A DNA stretch of 64,000 nucleotides from an uncultured bacterium. Lineage in GTDB: Bacteria > Edwardsbacteria > AC1 > EtOH8. The position numbers were made by a program, and so were the translations under genes. The notes under the pieces are model-generated. The model was not told the origin of the DNA and ran no database searches. It saw only the letters and a program-made list of their open reading frames with translations. Where the stretch lies: NCBI GenBank assembly GCA_937863685.1, contig CALMGM010000012.1, forward strand, positions 1,816-65,815, in the 5' to 3' direction. Every line of letters begins with the position of its first letter. Position 1 is the stretch's first letter. Below, piece after piece: positions 9,868-19,902 of this stretch.

Positions 9868-12315
9868 ATGAAAAAATCATTTCTCACTCTCTTTATCCTC
9901 CTTCTCAATTTGCACCAAGCCTTCTGCCAGCAGGCATACCAAAAACCGCCTAAAGCAGTGCTGGATGTTCTGAACGCGCCGCTCTCGCCGACCGTGTTCA
10001 TAGACCCCACGGCCCGGAAGATGCTGCTGGCCCAGCCGTCGCTGTATCCTTCCATCGCTGACTTGGCCGAGCCTATCCTCAAGCTGGCCGGAGTCAGGGT
10101 CAATCCCCGCACCAACATGGAGCGGAGCTATATCTTCTACTGGGAGAGCCTGACCCTTAAGGATATAGCCACCGGAAAGGAAACCTCCATAGAATTGCCG
10201 CCCGAGGTCAAACGGATAGACGGCATTAAATGGAATGCCGCGGGCACCCTGGTTGCTTTTATCAACGAAAGCGACAGCGGGGTGGAGCTGTGGGTGCTGG
10301 ATGCGGGCACCTTCCAGGCGAAGAAGATCGAAGAAATAAGGATAAACCCCCTGCTGGATAATTACCTGAAATGGATGCCGGACCAGCAGAGCCTGCTGGT
10401 CAAGACCATTCCACAGGCCAGAGGTTTGCCGCCCAAGACTGAAGCGGTTCCTCCGGGGCCCAAGATAATGGAGAGTTCCGGTTCGGCAATCGCCAGCAGC
10501 ACCTACGAAGCCAGGGATGTGCTGAAAACCCCGGGCGATGCCGATCTGTTCGATTATTATGCTACTTCCCAGATGGCATTGATCAGCCTGCCTTCTGGCA
10601 AGGTTCAATTTATAGGCAAACCGTCCATCTACGATGCAGTGGAACCTTCGCCGGACGGAAAATATCTGCTGGTCAATTGGATCCACCGGCCATATTCCTA
10701 TCAGCGTTCCTACGAACGCTTTCCCCGCGAGGTGGAGATATGGTCAGCCGATGGGGAAATGATAGAACATCTGGCCAGCCAGCCGCTGGCCGAGCAAGTA
10801 CCGATCGACGGCGAGATCATCGGGCCCCGGGAGTATGCCTGGCGGCCCACCGCCGACGCCACGGTGATCTGGGCCGAGGCCCTGGACGGGGGAGACCCGG
10901 CCAATAAGGCGCCGCATCGCGACCGCCTGATGCAAAAAAACATCGGCCAGCCTCCTGGGGAATTGTGCCGAATTGAAAATCGCTATTACAAGATGCGCTG
11001 GATACAAGATAGCGGACAGGTCTTGATCTGGGAATATGACCGGGATCGCAAATGGTTCAAGGTATATTTGCACGATGCCGATGATGCCGTCCAGGCCCCG
11101 CACCTGGTGTGGGACATGAGCATCCATGAACGATATCAAAAACCCGGCGATCCGGTGATGATGATAATGCCAAACGGCGTTAACGTGGTCCGGCGGCAGG
11201 GGGATCGGGTATTCTTAAGCGGGCAGGGCAGCTCTCCCGAGGGAGACCGGCCATTCCTGGATAGGATGGATCTGAACACACTTGAAACGGAAAGGCTTTT
11301 CCGGTCTGATAAGAACTGTTATGAGACTTTCTTTGTCTGGATCGATCCCGCAAAAGGGGCATTTATCACCCGGCGGGAGTCACCCGCCGACCCGCCCAAT
11401 TATTTTCGGCGGACCCTGGGGAAAAAGCCTATGGTGAAATCAAAGCCGGGCGAGGCCACCTGGAGAGCTTCCTCTAAAGCCATAACCAAATTTCCCGACC
11501 CGGCCCCGGTATTGCGCAAGATAAAGAAGCAGATCGTCACCTATCAGCGGGATGACGGTCTGAAACTGTCCTTCACCCTTTACCTGCCGCCGGGATACAA
11601 AAAGGGGACCCGCCTGCCGACCCTGCTGTGGGCCTATCCCAGCGATCTGGCCCAAAAAGAGGTGGCCGGCCAGCTGGAGGGAAGCTCCCAGAGGTTCACC
11701 ACCATCCGGTGGACCTCGGAACTGTTCTTCCTGCTTAACGGGTATGCGGTGCTGGACGACGCCTCCATGCCGGTGGTCGGCCCGCCGGGCAGCGCCTATG
11801 ACCAATTCGTAGAGCAGATAAGCGCCAATGCCAAGGCGGCGGTGGATAAGGCCGTGGAGATGGGGGTAAGCGATCCAAACAGAGTGGGGGTGGCCGGGCA
11901 CAGCCACGGCGCGCTGATGACCGCCGACCTGCTGGCCTATACCGATATCTTCCGGGCCGGCATTGCCCGCAGCGGAGCCTATAATCACACCCTGCGGCCC
12001 TTCGGCTACCAGAACGAGAAGAGGACGCTGTGGCAGGCCAGGGATACCTATATCAAAAATTCTCCGGTGCTGCAGGCCGACAAGATCAACGAGCCGCTGC
12101 TGATCATCCACGGGGAGATTGACGCCAACCCCGGAACGGTACCCCTGCAGTCGGAAAAGCTGTATGATGCCGTCCGGGGAGCTGGCGGCACCGCCCGTCT
12201 GGTGATGCTGCCTTATGAGAATCATGGTTACATCGCCCGGGAATCGGTGGAGCACGTGCTTTACGAAATGCTGGACTGGTTCGACCGATATGTTAAGAAT
12301 GCCCCGGCCAGATAG
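9868..12315 (+). CDS. Exported S9 family (prolyl oligopeptidase-like) serine peptidase
   Basis: Signal peptide MKKSFLTL..; nucleophile elbow GHSHG; HGEID.N; E.HGY; propeller-type N-terminus. Confidence 0.9.
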   Translation: MKKSFLTLFILLLNLHQAFCQQAYQKPPKAVLDVLNAPLSPTVFIDPTARKMLLAQPSLYPSIADLAEPILKLAGVRVNPRTNMERSYIFYWESLTLKDIATGKETSIELPPEVKRIDGIKWNAAGTLVAFINESDSGVELWVLDAGTFQAKKIEEIRINPLLDNYLKWMPDQQSLLVKTIPQARGLPPKTEAVPPGPKIMESSGSAIASSTYEARDVLKTPGDADLFDYYATSQMALISLPSGKVQFIGKPSIYDAVEPSPDGKYLLVNWIHRPYSYQRSYERFPREVEIWSADGEMIEHLASQPLAEQVPIDGEIIGPREYAWRPTADATVIWAEALDGGDPANKAPHRDRLMQKNIGQPPGELCRIENRYYKMRWIQDSGQVLIWEYDRDRKWFKVYLHDADDAVQAPHLVWDMSIHERYQKPGDPVMMIMPNGVNVVRRQGDRVFLSGQGSSPEGDRPFLDRMDLNTLETERLFRSDKNCYETFFVWIDPAKGAFITRRESPADPPNYFRRTLGKKPMVKSKPGEATWRASSKAITKFPDPAPVLRKIKKQIVTYQRDDGLKLSFTLYLPPGYKKGTRLPTLLWAYPSDLAQKEVAGQLEGSSQRFTTIRWTSELFFLLNGYAVLDDASMPVVGPPGSAYDQFVEQISANAKAAVDKAVEMGVSDPNRVGVAGHSHGALMTADLLAYTDIFRAGIARSGAYNHTLRPFGYQNEKRTLWQARDTYIKNSPVLQADKINEPLLIIHGEIDANPGTVPLQSEKLYDAVRGAGGTARLVMLPYENHGYIARESVEHVLYEMLDWFDRYVKNAPAR

Positions 12316-12326
12316 GCCTCCGACCC

Positions 12327-12354
12327 TGTCATTCCAGCGCAGGCTGGAATCCAG
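12327..12354. repeat. REP-like hairpin of the TGTCATTCC..GGAATCCAG family
   Basis: TGTCATTCCAGC-GCAG-GCTGGAATCCAG. Confidence 0.8.
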
Positions 12355-12498
12355 GCCAAGATGCCCGCCCTCCGAACGTTAACGATGATAAATTTCACGG
12401 GCATGAAAAAAAAGACGCACATAAAACGGATAAGGATTAGTGATCTATCTGAAAGGGACTCTTTATAATAACGTTTAATACAAGGTAGAATTGGAATC

Positions 12499-12888
12499 AT
12501 GAAAAACAAAGCCCCGGTGAAATTCTCGGGCATGGGCGAGATCCGGATGGGATCTCCCTACAAAGCGGGCAAGGTCAAAGTGGACGGTTTCGATCATCCC
12601 TACCTGAACCAGGTTGATTTCCAGGACCGTTATGCCTACGATCCATCAAAACAGCGGCTGATCCTGGTGCGCTGGGATCCGGGATACAACTTCCCCGGAT
12701 TTTACCTGCTGATGCTGGACCTCAAAAAACAGAGGATCTTCCGGTCGCCCACCATCTTTGGCTGCTGCCGGTCACTGACCCTGGAGGAGGGGGGAGTGAT
12801 CATGGATATCTTCGACCGGGGAAACATCATCACCAAGACCTTCAAACTGGCGATGATCAATCAGCACCTCACTCATGATCCCTGCTGA
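12499..12888 (+). CDS. Hypothetical protein
   Basis: 129-aa ORF with host-like GC-rich codon usage; no recognised motif. Confidence 0.65.
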   Translation: MKNKAPVKFSGMGEIRMGSPYKAGKVKVDGFDHPYLNQVDFQDRYAYDPSKQRLILVRWDPGYNFPGFYLLMLDLKKQRIFRSPTIFGCCRSLTLEEGGVIMDIFDRGNIITKTFKLAMINQHLTHDPC

Positions 12889-12905
12889 AAAACAGAACCC
12901 GGACG

Positions 12906-13535
12906 ATGAGACAAAAGCTTAATCAGAGATTGCGCTGTCCGGACTGCCGGATGCACCTGGAGTTGTGTGTCTGCCAGCTTTCCCCCCGCCTGGATTTGAA
13001 GACCAGAGTGGAGGTGGTGATCCATTATGCCGACATCCGCAAGATGAGCAATAGCGGAAGGCTGGTCGAACTGGCCCTTAAAAACAGCGCCGTTCACATC
13101 CGGGGCCTTAAGGACAAATTAGTGGAAGTGGTCCCGGATAAAAAATATCAAACCGACCTGGTGCTTTTCCCGGGACATGGATCGGTGGAGTTGAATGAGA
13201 AGTTTCTATCCACAATAGCGCGTCCCCTTCGCCTGCTCATCCCGGACGGCAACTGGAACCAGGCCTCCAGCATGGTCAAACGCGAACCGCTGATGCAAGC
13301 GGCCGTCAAGGTGCATCTTCCGGCCGGCATCCAGGCAAAATACCGGATACGCTCGCAGGAAGACCCTTTTAAATTGTGCACCTTCGAGGCCATCATTCGG
13401 GCTTTGGGGGTGATCGAGGGAGATCAAGTGGAGGAGAAGCTGGACCCTTTCTTTCGAGTGTGGATATACCGCAGCCTGTATATCAAGGGCCGTATCGCCA
13501 AGGCCGACATGCCTGAGGGGATGCTGGTGGCATAA
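12906..13535 (+). CDS. DTW-domain protein (tRNA-uridine aminocarboxypropyltransferase-like)
   Basis: N-terminal CPDC..CVC, SNSG, LFP, DGNW (DxTW variant), YRIR, LCTFEA. Confidence 0.85.
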   Translation: MRQKLNQRLRCPDCRMHLELCVCQLSPRLDLKTRVEVVIHYADIRKMSNSGRLVELALKNSAVHIRGLKDKLVEVVPDKKYQTDLVLFPGHGSVELNEKFLSTIARPLRLLIPDGNWNQASSMVKREPLMQAAVKVHLPAGIQAKYRIRSQEDPFKLCTFEAIIRALGVIEGDQVEEKLDPFFRVWIYRSLYIKGRIAKADMPEGMLVA

Positions 13536-13549
13536 AGAGGTTTGCTTCC

Positions 13550-13829
13550 CCGCGAAACACAAGACCTGTCCGCCTTTGTTTGCCCCCTTGCTAATGGCGG
13601 AAAATTCACGAAAGGGTTTTTACCGCAGAGACGCGGAGAATGAATCACTCAACGTATGCCTGCCTGTCATTCCAGTATTTCATTGCATTCAGTGTAAACT
13701 CCGGCAGGAATCCAGCCACGATGATAAAGATCAATGTCATCCTGATGACACTTACAAACGTGGCTGGGCGTAGGATGACATTGCGGTCACCCGTTCGGCT
13801 TGCCGGATGGTTGCTGAGCGCAGGGTGAC
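13550..13829. repeat. Mosaic cluster of REP-like elements
   Basis: TCCGCC-N21-GGCGGA (13569-13601); ACCGCAGAGACGCGGAG; TGTCATTCC..GGAATCCAG (13665-13715); GTCATCCT..AGGATGAC (13736-13779); GTCACCC..GGGTGAC (13786-13829). Confidence 0.8.
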
Positions 13830-13840
13830 GGAATTACTTC

Positions 13841-13868
13841 CCCGGCCTGATCGGCCGGGTTTTGTTTT
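13841..13868 (+). terminator. Intrinsic terminator-like hairpin
   Basis: CCCGGCC-TGATC-GGCCGGG followed by TTTTGTTTT. Confidence 0.65.
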
Positions 13869-13908
13869 GACTTGATTTTTAAGGGCCATTTGGTGTATCC
13901 TTAAAAAT

Positions 13909-15252
13909 ATGATTAAGCGAGCGGGCGAGATCACCATCATTGGCGGCGGGTTGGCCGGCTGTGAGGCGGCTTATCAGGCCGCTAAAAGGGGCCTGGCCGT
14001 TGATCTTTACGAAATGCGCTATACCGGCAATGACCAGTCTTCCGAACTGCATACCCCGGCCCATGAAACCGGCCTGCTGGCGGAGCTGGTCTGCAGCAAT
14101 TCCCTGAAATCAGTTGAAAAGACCAACGCCCACGGCTTACTCAAGACCGAACTGGAGATGATGGATTCCCTGATCCTGCGCTGCGCCACAGAGACCGCTG
14201 TGCCGGCCGGCAAGGCCCTGGCGGTGGACCGGATGGGATTTGCCAGACTGGTCACGGCCAGGATCGCCTCGGACAAGCACATCACGATCATCGGCCGGGA
14301 GCTGACCGAGCTGCCTGAGGGCCCGCTGATCGTGGCCTCCGGGCCGCTGACATCGGAAAAGTTATCCCAGGCCTTAGCGCAGTTTGCCGGAGGTGAAAAT
14401 CTTTTCTTTTACGATGCCATCGCGCCGGTGATATCGGCCGAATCGCTGGACCATAAAAAGATGTTCCGGGCCAGCCGTTATTCCGACGAGCCGGGCCAGT
14501 ATTGGAACTGTCCACTTAGCAAGGCCCAATACCTGGAATTCGTGGAGCAGTTAGTGAAGGCCGAACGGCACCTGCCGCACGATTTCGAAAAGGGGCATTT
14601 TTACGAGGGATGTCTGCCGGTGGAGGTAATGGCAGAGCGGAACGTCAATTCCCTGCGTTTCGGCATGATGAAGCCGGTGGGGCTTTTCGATCCGTCCGAG
14701 AACCGCCGGCCCTATGCCGTTCTCCAGCTGAGGCAGGAGAACAAAGAGGGCAACATGCTCAATCTGGTGGGCTTCCAGACCCAGCTGACCCAGTCCGAAC
14801 AGCGGCGGGTCTTCCGGATGATCCCCGCCCTGGAGCAGGCCGAGTTCTACCGCTACGGCAGCATCCACCGCAACACCTATCTGAGAAGCCCGGGATTGAT
14901 CAAGCCGTCCATGCAGTCCAAATCAAACGGCAAGATATTTTTTGCCGGGCAGATCACCGGGGTGGAGGGATACGTGGAATCGTCGGCCATGGGGTTGCTG
15001 GCCGGGATAAATGCCGTCAGGTTTTGTCTCGGGAAAGATTTGATCTCGGCCCCGGAGCATACCATGATCGGCTCGCTGGCCCGTTATGTTTCTGATGCGG
15101 AGAACGGACAGGATTTCCAGCCCATGAACGCCAACTTCGGGCTGCTGCCGCCGCTGGATGATCCTTTTCGGTCAAAGAAGGAACGATACGCTGCCTATGC
15201 CGAACGTTCTTTAAAGGCCCTGGAAGATTTCATCGGTATTGCAAATCGTTGA
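13909..15252 (+). CDS. trmFO: Folate-dependent tRNA (uracil-54) methyltransferase TrmFO
   Basis: GGGLAGCEAA, ELVCSNS, ALAVDR, GFQT, AGQITGVEGY, FQPMNANFG. Confidence 0.96.
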   Translation: MIKRAGEITIIGGGLAGCEAAYQAAKRGLAVDLYEMRYTGNDQSSELHTPAHETGLLAELVCSNSLKSVEKTNAHGLLKTELEMMDSLILRCATETAVPAGKALAVDRMGFARLVTARIASDKHITIIGRELTELPEGPLIVASGPLTSEKLSQALAQFAGGENLFFYDAIAPVISAESLDHKKMFRASRYSDEPGQYWNCPLSKAQYLEFVEQLVKAERHLPHDFEKGHFYEGCLPVEVMAERNVNSLRFGMMKPVGLFDPSENRRPYAVLQLRQENKEGNMLNLVGFQTQLTQSEQRRVFRMIPALEQAEFYRYGSIHRNTYLRSPGLIKPSMQSKSNGKIFFAGQITGVEGYVESSAMGLLAGINAVRFCLGKDLISAPEHTMIGSLARYVSDAENGQDFQPMNANFGLLPPLDDPFRSKKERYAAYAERSLKALEDFIGIANR

Positions 15253-15266
15253 TCAAGGAGAAAGGC

Positions 15267-16172
15267 ATGGAATACGGGAAGATAATCAAACAGGCCCTGG
15301 AGATAGCTTGGCACAAGAAATACCTGTGGGTGTTCGGCTTTTTCGCCTCGATGGGCGGGGGAGGCGGGGGGAATTACAATAATTTCATTGACAAGGACGA
15401 TGCCTCCGGCGTGGTTTCAGGCGTTTGGGACTGGATAACGTCCCATCCCGGTTTGGTGGCGGTGCTGATATTGGCGGCCGTCGGACTGTTCGTCGTTCTG
15501 ATGGTCCTGTATCTGGTCTCCAAGGGCGGTTTGATCGGGTCCGTCAGCCGGATATCAAAAGGGCAGCCCGATAATTTTGAAAAGACATTGGGCTGCGGAT
15601 TGCAGTTCTTCTGGCGGATGCTGGGGATCGACATCCTGTTCGGGCTGTCCTATATCCTGATATTGGGTCTGGTTATTCTCCCGCCGGTGATGATGATCAT
15701 AATGGGCGGAAACGCGGCCAAGATCTTTGGAGTACTGCTGATCATACTGCTGATCCTGCCGGTGATCGCCCTGCTGTACTGCATCGCCCTAATCGGCAAC
15801 TTCAGCTATCAGATAGCCGTCATCGAGGATAAGAAGGTCTTCGATGCCATTCCCGCCGGCTACGCCTTGTTCAAAGATAATCTGGGAAGGTCGGTTCTTC
15901 TCGGTCTGATAATCACCGGCATAGCCATGCTGTATGTCATAGCCTTTATCATTGCCATGGTGATCCTGGCCATTCCGTTCATCATTCTGGGGGTGGCAAA
16001 TATCTGGGCCGGACTGATCCCGGGTATACTGATCGGGCTTCTTCTGATCCTGATAGTCAACGGCATCTTTGGCACTTTCAGCAGCGGGTACTGGACCCTG
16101 GCCTACCATGAACTGTCGGCTCCGAAGAGTGCTGAGCCCAAAGCCGAACCATCGATTGTGCCCGATGCCTGA
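15267..16172 (+). CDS. Multi-pass membrane protein of unknown function
   Basis: About 6 hydrophobic helices; YLWVFGFFA..GGGG N-terminal motif; AAGGAG RBS. Confidence 0.75.
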   Translation: MEYGKIIKQALEIAWHKKYLWVFGFFASMGGGGGGNYNNFIDKDDASGVVSGVWDWITSHPGLVAVLILAAVGLFVVLMVLYLVSKGGLIGSVSRISKGQPDNFEKTLGCGLQFFWRMLGIDILFGLSYILILGLVILPPVMMIIMGGNAAKIFGVLLIILLILPVIALLYCIALIGNFSYQIAVIEDKKVFDAIPAGYALFKDNLGRSVLLGLIITGIAMLYVIAFIIAMVILAIPFIILGVANIWAGLIPGILIGLLLILIVNGIFGTFSSGYWTLAYHELSAPKSAEPKAEPSIVPDA

Positions 16173-17142
16173 CAAAAGGCTTAAAATATTGGTGGTCCGC
16201 CAGGACCGTCTGGGAGATGCCATTAATGCCGTTCCGGTCCTGAAGGCCCTCCGGAAGGCCGAGCCGGAGGCGTTCATCTCTTTCATGGTGGCCCAGCCGC
16301 TGGCCGAACTGTTCACCGGCCAGCCCTGTCTGGACGAAGTGGCATCCTGGGGGAGGAACTTTTTTTGTCTGATCTATTTCCTGCGGCAGGGAAGCTATGA
16401 TACGGTGCTGATGCTGCAGCCCTCAAAACTTTTGGCTTGGGCGGCATTCTTTGCCGGGGTCAAACAGAAGGCCGGGCTGGGGTTCCGGCCGTATTATGTT
16501 TTGACCGGATTCAAACCGGCACATATTCCTCAAAATGATAAGGATGTTCATGAAACGGAGTATAATCTCTCGGTAGCCCGGCAGCTTTGGGATCTGCCGG
16601 AGGAGATCCATCTGCCCCAGATATTCTTGAGCGAACAGGAAATGTCAGATGCCCAAAATATCCTATTGTCCATGAATGTCCACAATCCCATAGCTGTACT
16701 TCCTGCGAACAGAGGTTCCTCGGCCAACTGGACCCCGGAACGATATCGCGAACTGGTCAAAAAACTAGCGGAAGCCAAACGGGAGGTTCTGATCCTGGGC
16801 GGGCCGGGAGAGGAAGATATTCTCAACCAAGTCAAAGGCGCAACCAAGATACCCATTGCCGGGCCGGAGCTGACATTGCGGCGGCTGGCTGCAATTTTGG
16901 CAAATTGCCGGCAGGTGGTTGGCAGCAGCACCGGCACCCTGCACCTGGCCGCGGCGGCGGGGGCAAAAACGGTGGGGTTGTTTTGCCCGGCGCAGGCCAG
17001 CAGCCCGAAACGCTGGAGGCCGCTGGGGGAGGGACATGTTCAGTTGGTGCCGGAGGAAGAATACTGCCGAAGCTGTAGGCCCCATGCCAAATGCGATCTA
17101 GGGGGAATAACGATAGAAAGAGTTTTGCAAAATATAAAATGA
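16165..17142 (+). CDS. Glycosyltransferase family 9 (heptosyltransferase-like)
   Basis: RQDRLGDA, STGTLHLAAA, RWRP; start overlaps the upstream stop. Confidence 0.88.
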   Translation: MPDKRLKILVVRQDRLGDAINAVPVLKALRKAEPEAFISFMVAQPLAELFTGQPCLDEVASWGRNFFCLIYFLRQGSYDTVLMLQPSKLLAWAAFFAGVKQKAGLGFRPYYVLTGFKPAHIPQNDKDVHETEYNLSVARQLWDLPEEIHLPQIFLSEQEMSDAQNILLSMNVHNPIAVLPANRGSSANWTPERYRELVKKLAEAKREVLILGGPGEEDILNQVKGATKIPIAGPELTLRRLAAILANCRQVVGSSTGTLHLAAAAGAKTVGLFCPAQASSPKRWRPLGEGHVQLVPEEEYCRSCRPHAKCDLGGITIERVLQNIK

Positions 17143-18122
17143 ATAAGTATCTGCTCATCCGCCTTGGCGCCATCGGCGACATTGTGCTGGCCACCGCCGC
17201 CATAGAGGCCATCTCCCAAGCCGAACCTGACTCGCAGATAGACCTCGTCTGCAAGGCCAGGTTTGCCGGGCTTTTAAAGGGCCACCCCAAACTGGCCAAC
17301 GTTTACGGCTTTGACGAAACCGGCCGGCACCAGGGCCTGCGGGGGCTGCTGCTGTTCATTCACGAACTGAGCGCCAAGAAATACAACTTGATCATAGACC
17401 TGCAGAACAACCCGCGCAGCCGGATGATCGCCCTTTGCCTTAACGCCGGGAAAAAGATCCACTGGCCCAAGGACACCTGGCGCCGCCGGATGCTAGTTTG
17501 GGGACAAGGCAAAACCAAGCCTTTTAAAACTGTGATCCAGCGCTATCTGGCGGCGGTGGAGAAAGCCGGAATCAAACAACCAGAGGCCAAGCCCAAGCTG
17601 TATCCGGCGGCCGATGCTTCGATCAAACTGCCGCAGGGAGAGTTCATTGCCATAGCGCCGGGGGCGCACTGGCCAACCAAGAGATGGACGGGATACTCTG
17701 AGCTGATTGCAAAATTTAAAAATGCAAACTTCAATATTGTTATTGTCGGAGATAAAAGCGATAAGTCTATTGCTGATGAAATAACTGCGGCGGCGGGGGT
17801 CGAGATCATCAACCTATGCGGGCAGTTGGATCTGGCCCAATTATCTTATGTTCTGTCCCAGGCAAAACTGCTGGTCACCAACGACACCGGGGCCATGCAT
17901 ATCGCCGAGGCGATGGGCACGCCGGTGATTGCCATCTTCGGGCCGACGATAAAACAATTCGGCTTTGCCCCCTGGCGATCCGAAAGCAGGGTCATCGAAA
18001 CCGAACTAGTCTGTCGGCCATGTTCATTGCATGGTTCCAAACAATGCCCCAAGGAACACTTCAGCTGCATGAAACACATCACTGCTGAACAGGTATTTAC
18101 GGAGATAAAAAGCATAGGATAA
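17139..18122 (+). CDS. Glycosyltransferase family 9 (heptosyltransferase-like)
   Basis: RLGAIGD, PGA.WPTKRW, NDTGAMH, FGPT, CRPCS..G..CP. Confidence 0.9.
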   Translation: MNKYLLIRLGAIGDIVLATAAIEAISQAEPDSQIDLVCKARFAGLLKGHPKLANVYGFDETGRHQGLRGLLLFIHELSAKKYNLIIDLQNNPRSRMIALCLNAGKKIHWPKDTWRRRMLVWGQGKTKPFKTVIQRYLAAVEKAGIKQPEAKPKLYPAADASIKLPQGEFIAIAPGAHWPTKRWTGYSELIAKFKNANFNIVIVGDKSDKSIADEITAAAGVEIINLCGQLDLAQLSYVLSQAKLLVTNDTGAMHIAEAMGTPVIAIFGPTIKQFGFAPWRSESRVIETELVCRPCSLHGSKQCPKEHFSCMKHITAEQVFTEIKSIG

Positions 18123-18155
18123 CTTAACGAACCGCGAAGACGATAGTGGGGCACC

Positions 18156-18277
18156 GACCTAACCCCTGCCCACTTCGTTTGCGATATTATTTGCCTTTCT
18201 CAGTGCAGGCTCTTCCCCGCAGGGGAAGGGGAGATGGCATCCCCCTCCTTGCGGGAGGGGGAACGAGGGGGCGGTCG
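18156..18277. repeat. Composite REP-like element
   Basis: GACC..CCCTGCC-CACTTC-N22-CTCAGTGCAGGC-hairpin, then CCCCCTCC..GGAGGGGG; an inverted homolog lies at 35371-35446. Confidence 0.75.
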
Positions 18278-18330
18278 GTAACCATGGTAATATCTTTCGC
18301 ATCTTTACGGTTTTTTAATAATTAAGAATT

Positions 18331-19326
18331 ATGAAATCTGACAACCAAAAAATACTCATCCGGGTGCCCAATTGGATCGGCGATGCGGTGATCTCCACCG
18401 GTTTCATCGAGGCCTGCAAAAAAGCCCAGCCCGAAGCGTCAATATCGGTCATGGCCCACCAGCGGGTGGCCGAGCTGTTCGAAGCCAATCCCCAGGTGAG
18501 CGATATCATCGCTTTCAACAAAGAAGAGGGGCTGCGGCGTATCGTCCGAAGCATCAAGACCAGGGGTTTTGACCGGGCCTACATATTGCCGCTGTCATTC
18601 TCCTCGGCATTGATATGTTTTTTGGCCGGCATCAGAGAAAGGATCGGCTACGGCTCGGAACTTCGGGGTCTGCTGTTGACCGAGAGCCTGAAATATTCGC
18701 AAAATGATTTCCGCTCCCGCCATATCCTGCAGGGCTATACCGCTCTTCTAGGACGGGATGTTGTGCCTCAGTCGCCGAGAGTATATCTGACCGATGAAGA
18801 AAAGGAAAAGGCCGAAAAGAGATTGTTCGGATTTAAGGCCAAAAAGGAAGACCTGATAGGATTCGGGCCGGGGGCCGCCTACGGCCCGGCCAAGATGTGG
18901 CCGGCGGAAAATTGGATCCAACTGGGGAGAAAATTATCGGAGGACGGAAAGAGGGTGATGATCTTCGGCTCCGCTTCGGAGGACGAACTCTGCCGGGATA
19001 TCGCGGTGGGAATAGGGCAGGGGACTGCCAACCTGGCCGGCGAATTGAGTTTGCGGGAAAGCGCGGCTCTGCTGAGCCTGATCCCGTCCTTTATCACCAA
19101 CGACACCGGGGTGATGCACCTGGCGGCGGCCTGCGGGGTCAAAGTGACCGCCATCTTCGGATCGACCAATCCGGCTTGGACCGGCCCCTGGGGGGAGGGA
19201 CATCGGATAATCTACAATCAGGAGCCCTGCAGCCCCTGTTACAAAAGGGTTTGCCGGTACGGCCATTACAACTGCCTGAAGAAGATCACTCCCGATGGCG
19301 TTTTACCGGATAATTCAATAGCTTGA
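18331..19326 (+). CDS. waaF: LPS heptosyltransferase II
   Basis: RVPNWIGDAV, PGAAYGPAKMW, NDTGVMHLAAA, FGST. Confidence 0.88.
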   Translation: MKSDNQKILIRVPNWIGDAVISTGFIEACKKAQPEASISVMAHQRVAELFEANPQVSDIIAFNKEEGLRRIVRSIKTRGFDRAYILPLSFSSALICFLAGIRERIGYGSELRGLLLTESLKYSQNDFRSRHILQGYTALLGRDVVPQSPRVYLTDEEKEKAEKRLFGFKAKKEDLIGFGPGAAYGPAKMWPAENWIQLGRKLSEDGKRVMIFGSASEDELCRDIAVGIGQGTANLAGELSLRESAALLSLIPSFITNDTGVMHLAAACGVKVTAIFGSTNPAWTGPWGEGHRIIYNQEPCSPCYKRVCRYGHYNCLKKITPDGVLPDNSIA

Positions 19327-19351
19327 CAAAACCGGATAAATTAAGTAAAAT
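19323..19351 (+). promoter_or_regulatory. sigma70 promoter of tRNA-Gly
   Basis: TTGACA-N17-TAAAAT, 12 nt upstream of the tRNA. Confidence 0.7.
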
Positions 19352-19363
19352 ATCCCATCACCT

Positions 19364-19438
19364 GCGGGTGTAGTTCAGTGGTAGAACGTCAGCTTCCCAA
19401 GCTGAATATCGTGGGTTCGAGCCCCATCACCCGCTCCA
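19364..19438 (+). tRNA. tRNA-Gly (anticodon CCC)
   Basis: Cloverleaf: acceptor GCGGGTG/CACCCGC, anticodon arm TCAGC-TTCCCAA-GCTGA, TTCGA loop, encoded CCA. Confidence 0.96.
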
Positions 19439-19452
19439 TTGTTTTGAATATG

Positions 19453-19481
19453 AAAAAAGCGAAGCCGTCGGCTTCGCTTTT
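19453..19481. terminator. Bidirectional intrinsic terminator
   Basis: AAAAAGCGAAGCC-GTC-GGCTTCGCTTTTT between convergent genes. Confidence 0.8.
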
Positions 19482-19505
19482 TGTTTTATCCGGTCATAAT
19501 AATGC

Positions 19506-19826
19506 CTATTTCTTCTCGCCGTTCTTCTCATCGCCGATCTTGAAGCCGATGCCCCGGTTCTCCTGGCCGAAGGTCTTGATGGCCCCGAACTGGGCCTCGA
19601 ACTTCTTGATATTGTCCTCCAGGGCGTTAAGCAGCATCTTGGCGTGCTGGGGTGTGGTGACGATCCGGGAATATATCTTGGCCTTGGGGATGCCGGGCAG
19701 GACCCGGGCGAAATCAATGATGAACTCCGAGGGGGAGTGGGCGATCAGGGCCAAGTTGGAGTAAACGCCTTCGGCCTCTTTTTCTCCCAATTCGATATTG
19801 AGTTGATTCTGCGGATTTTGTTCCAT
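19506..19826 (-). CDS. DUF3467 family protein
   Basis: AEGVYSN..I.HSPSEFIIDF..SRIV.TPQHAK. Confidence 0.88.
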   Translation of the reverse strand: MEQNPQNQLNIELGEKEAEGVYSNLALIAHSPSEFIIDFARVLPGIPKAKIYSRIVTTPQHAKMLLNALEDNIKKFEAQFGAIKTFGQENRGIGFKIGDEKNGEKK

Positions 19827-19902
19827 TTTATCTGCCTTTTAGAATATTTTAAGATTGTGACGTCATTTTATCAGACCTGGCTGACCGGTGTCAAGTTTAA
19901 TA

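Noticed and set aside
13780..13868. Riboswitch or ncRNA upstream of trmFO
   Set aside because: The hairpins match the dispersed repeat families plus a terminator; I recognise no aptamer consensus.
19378..19764. 128-aa plus-strand ORF
   Set aside because: It overlaps tRNA-Gly and is antisense to the DUF3467 gene.
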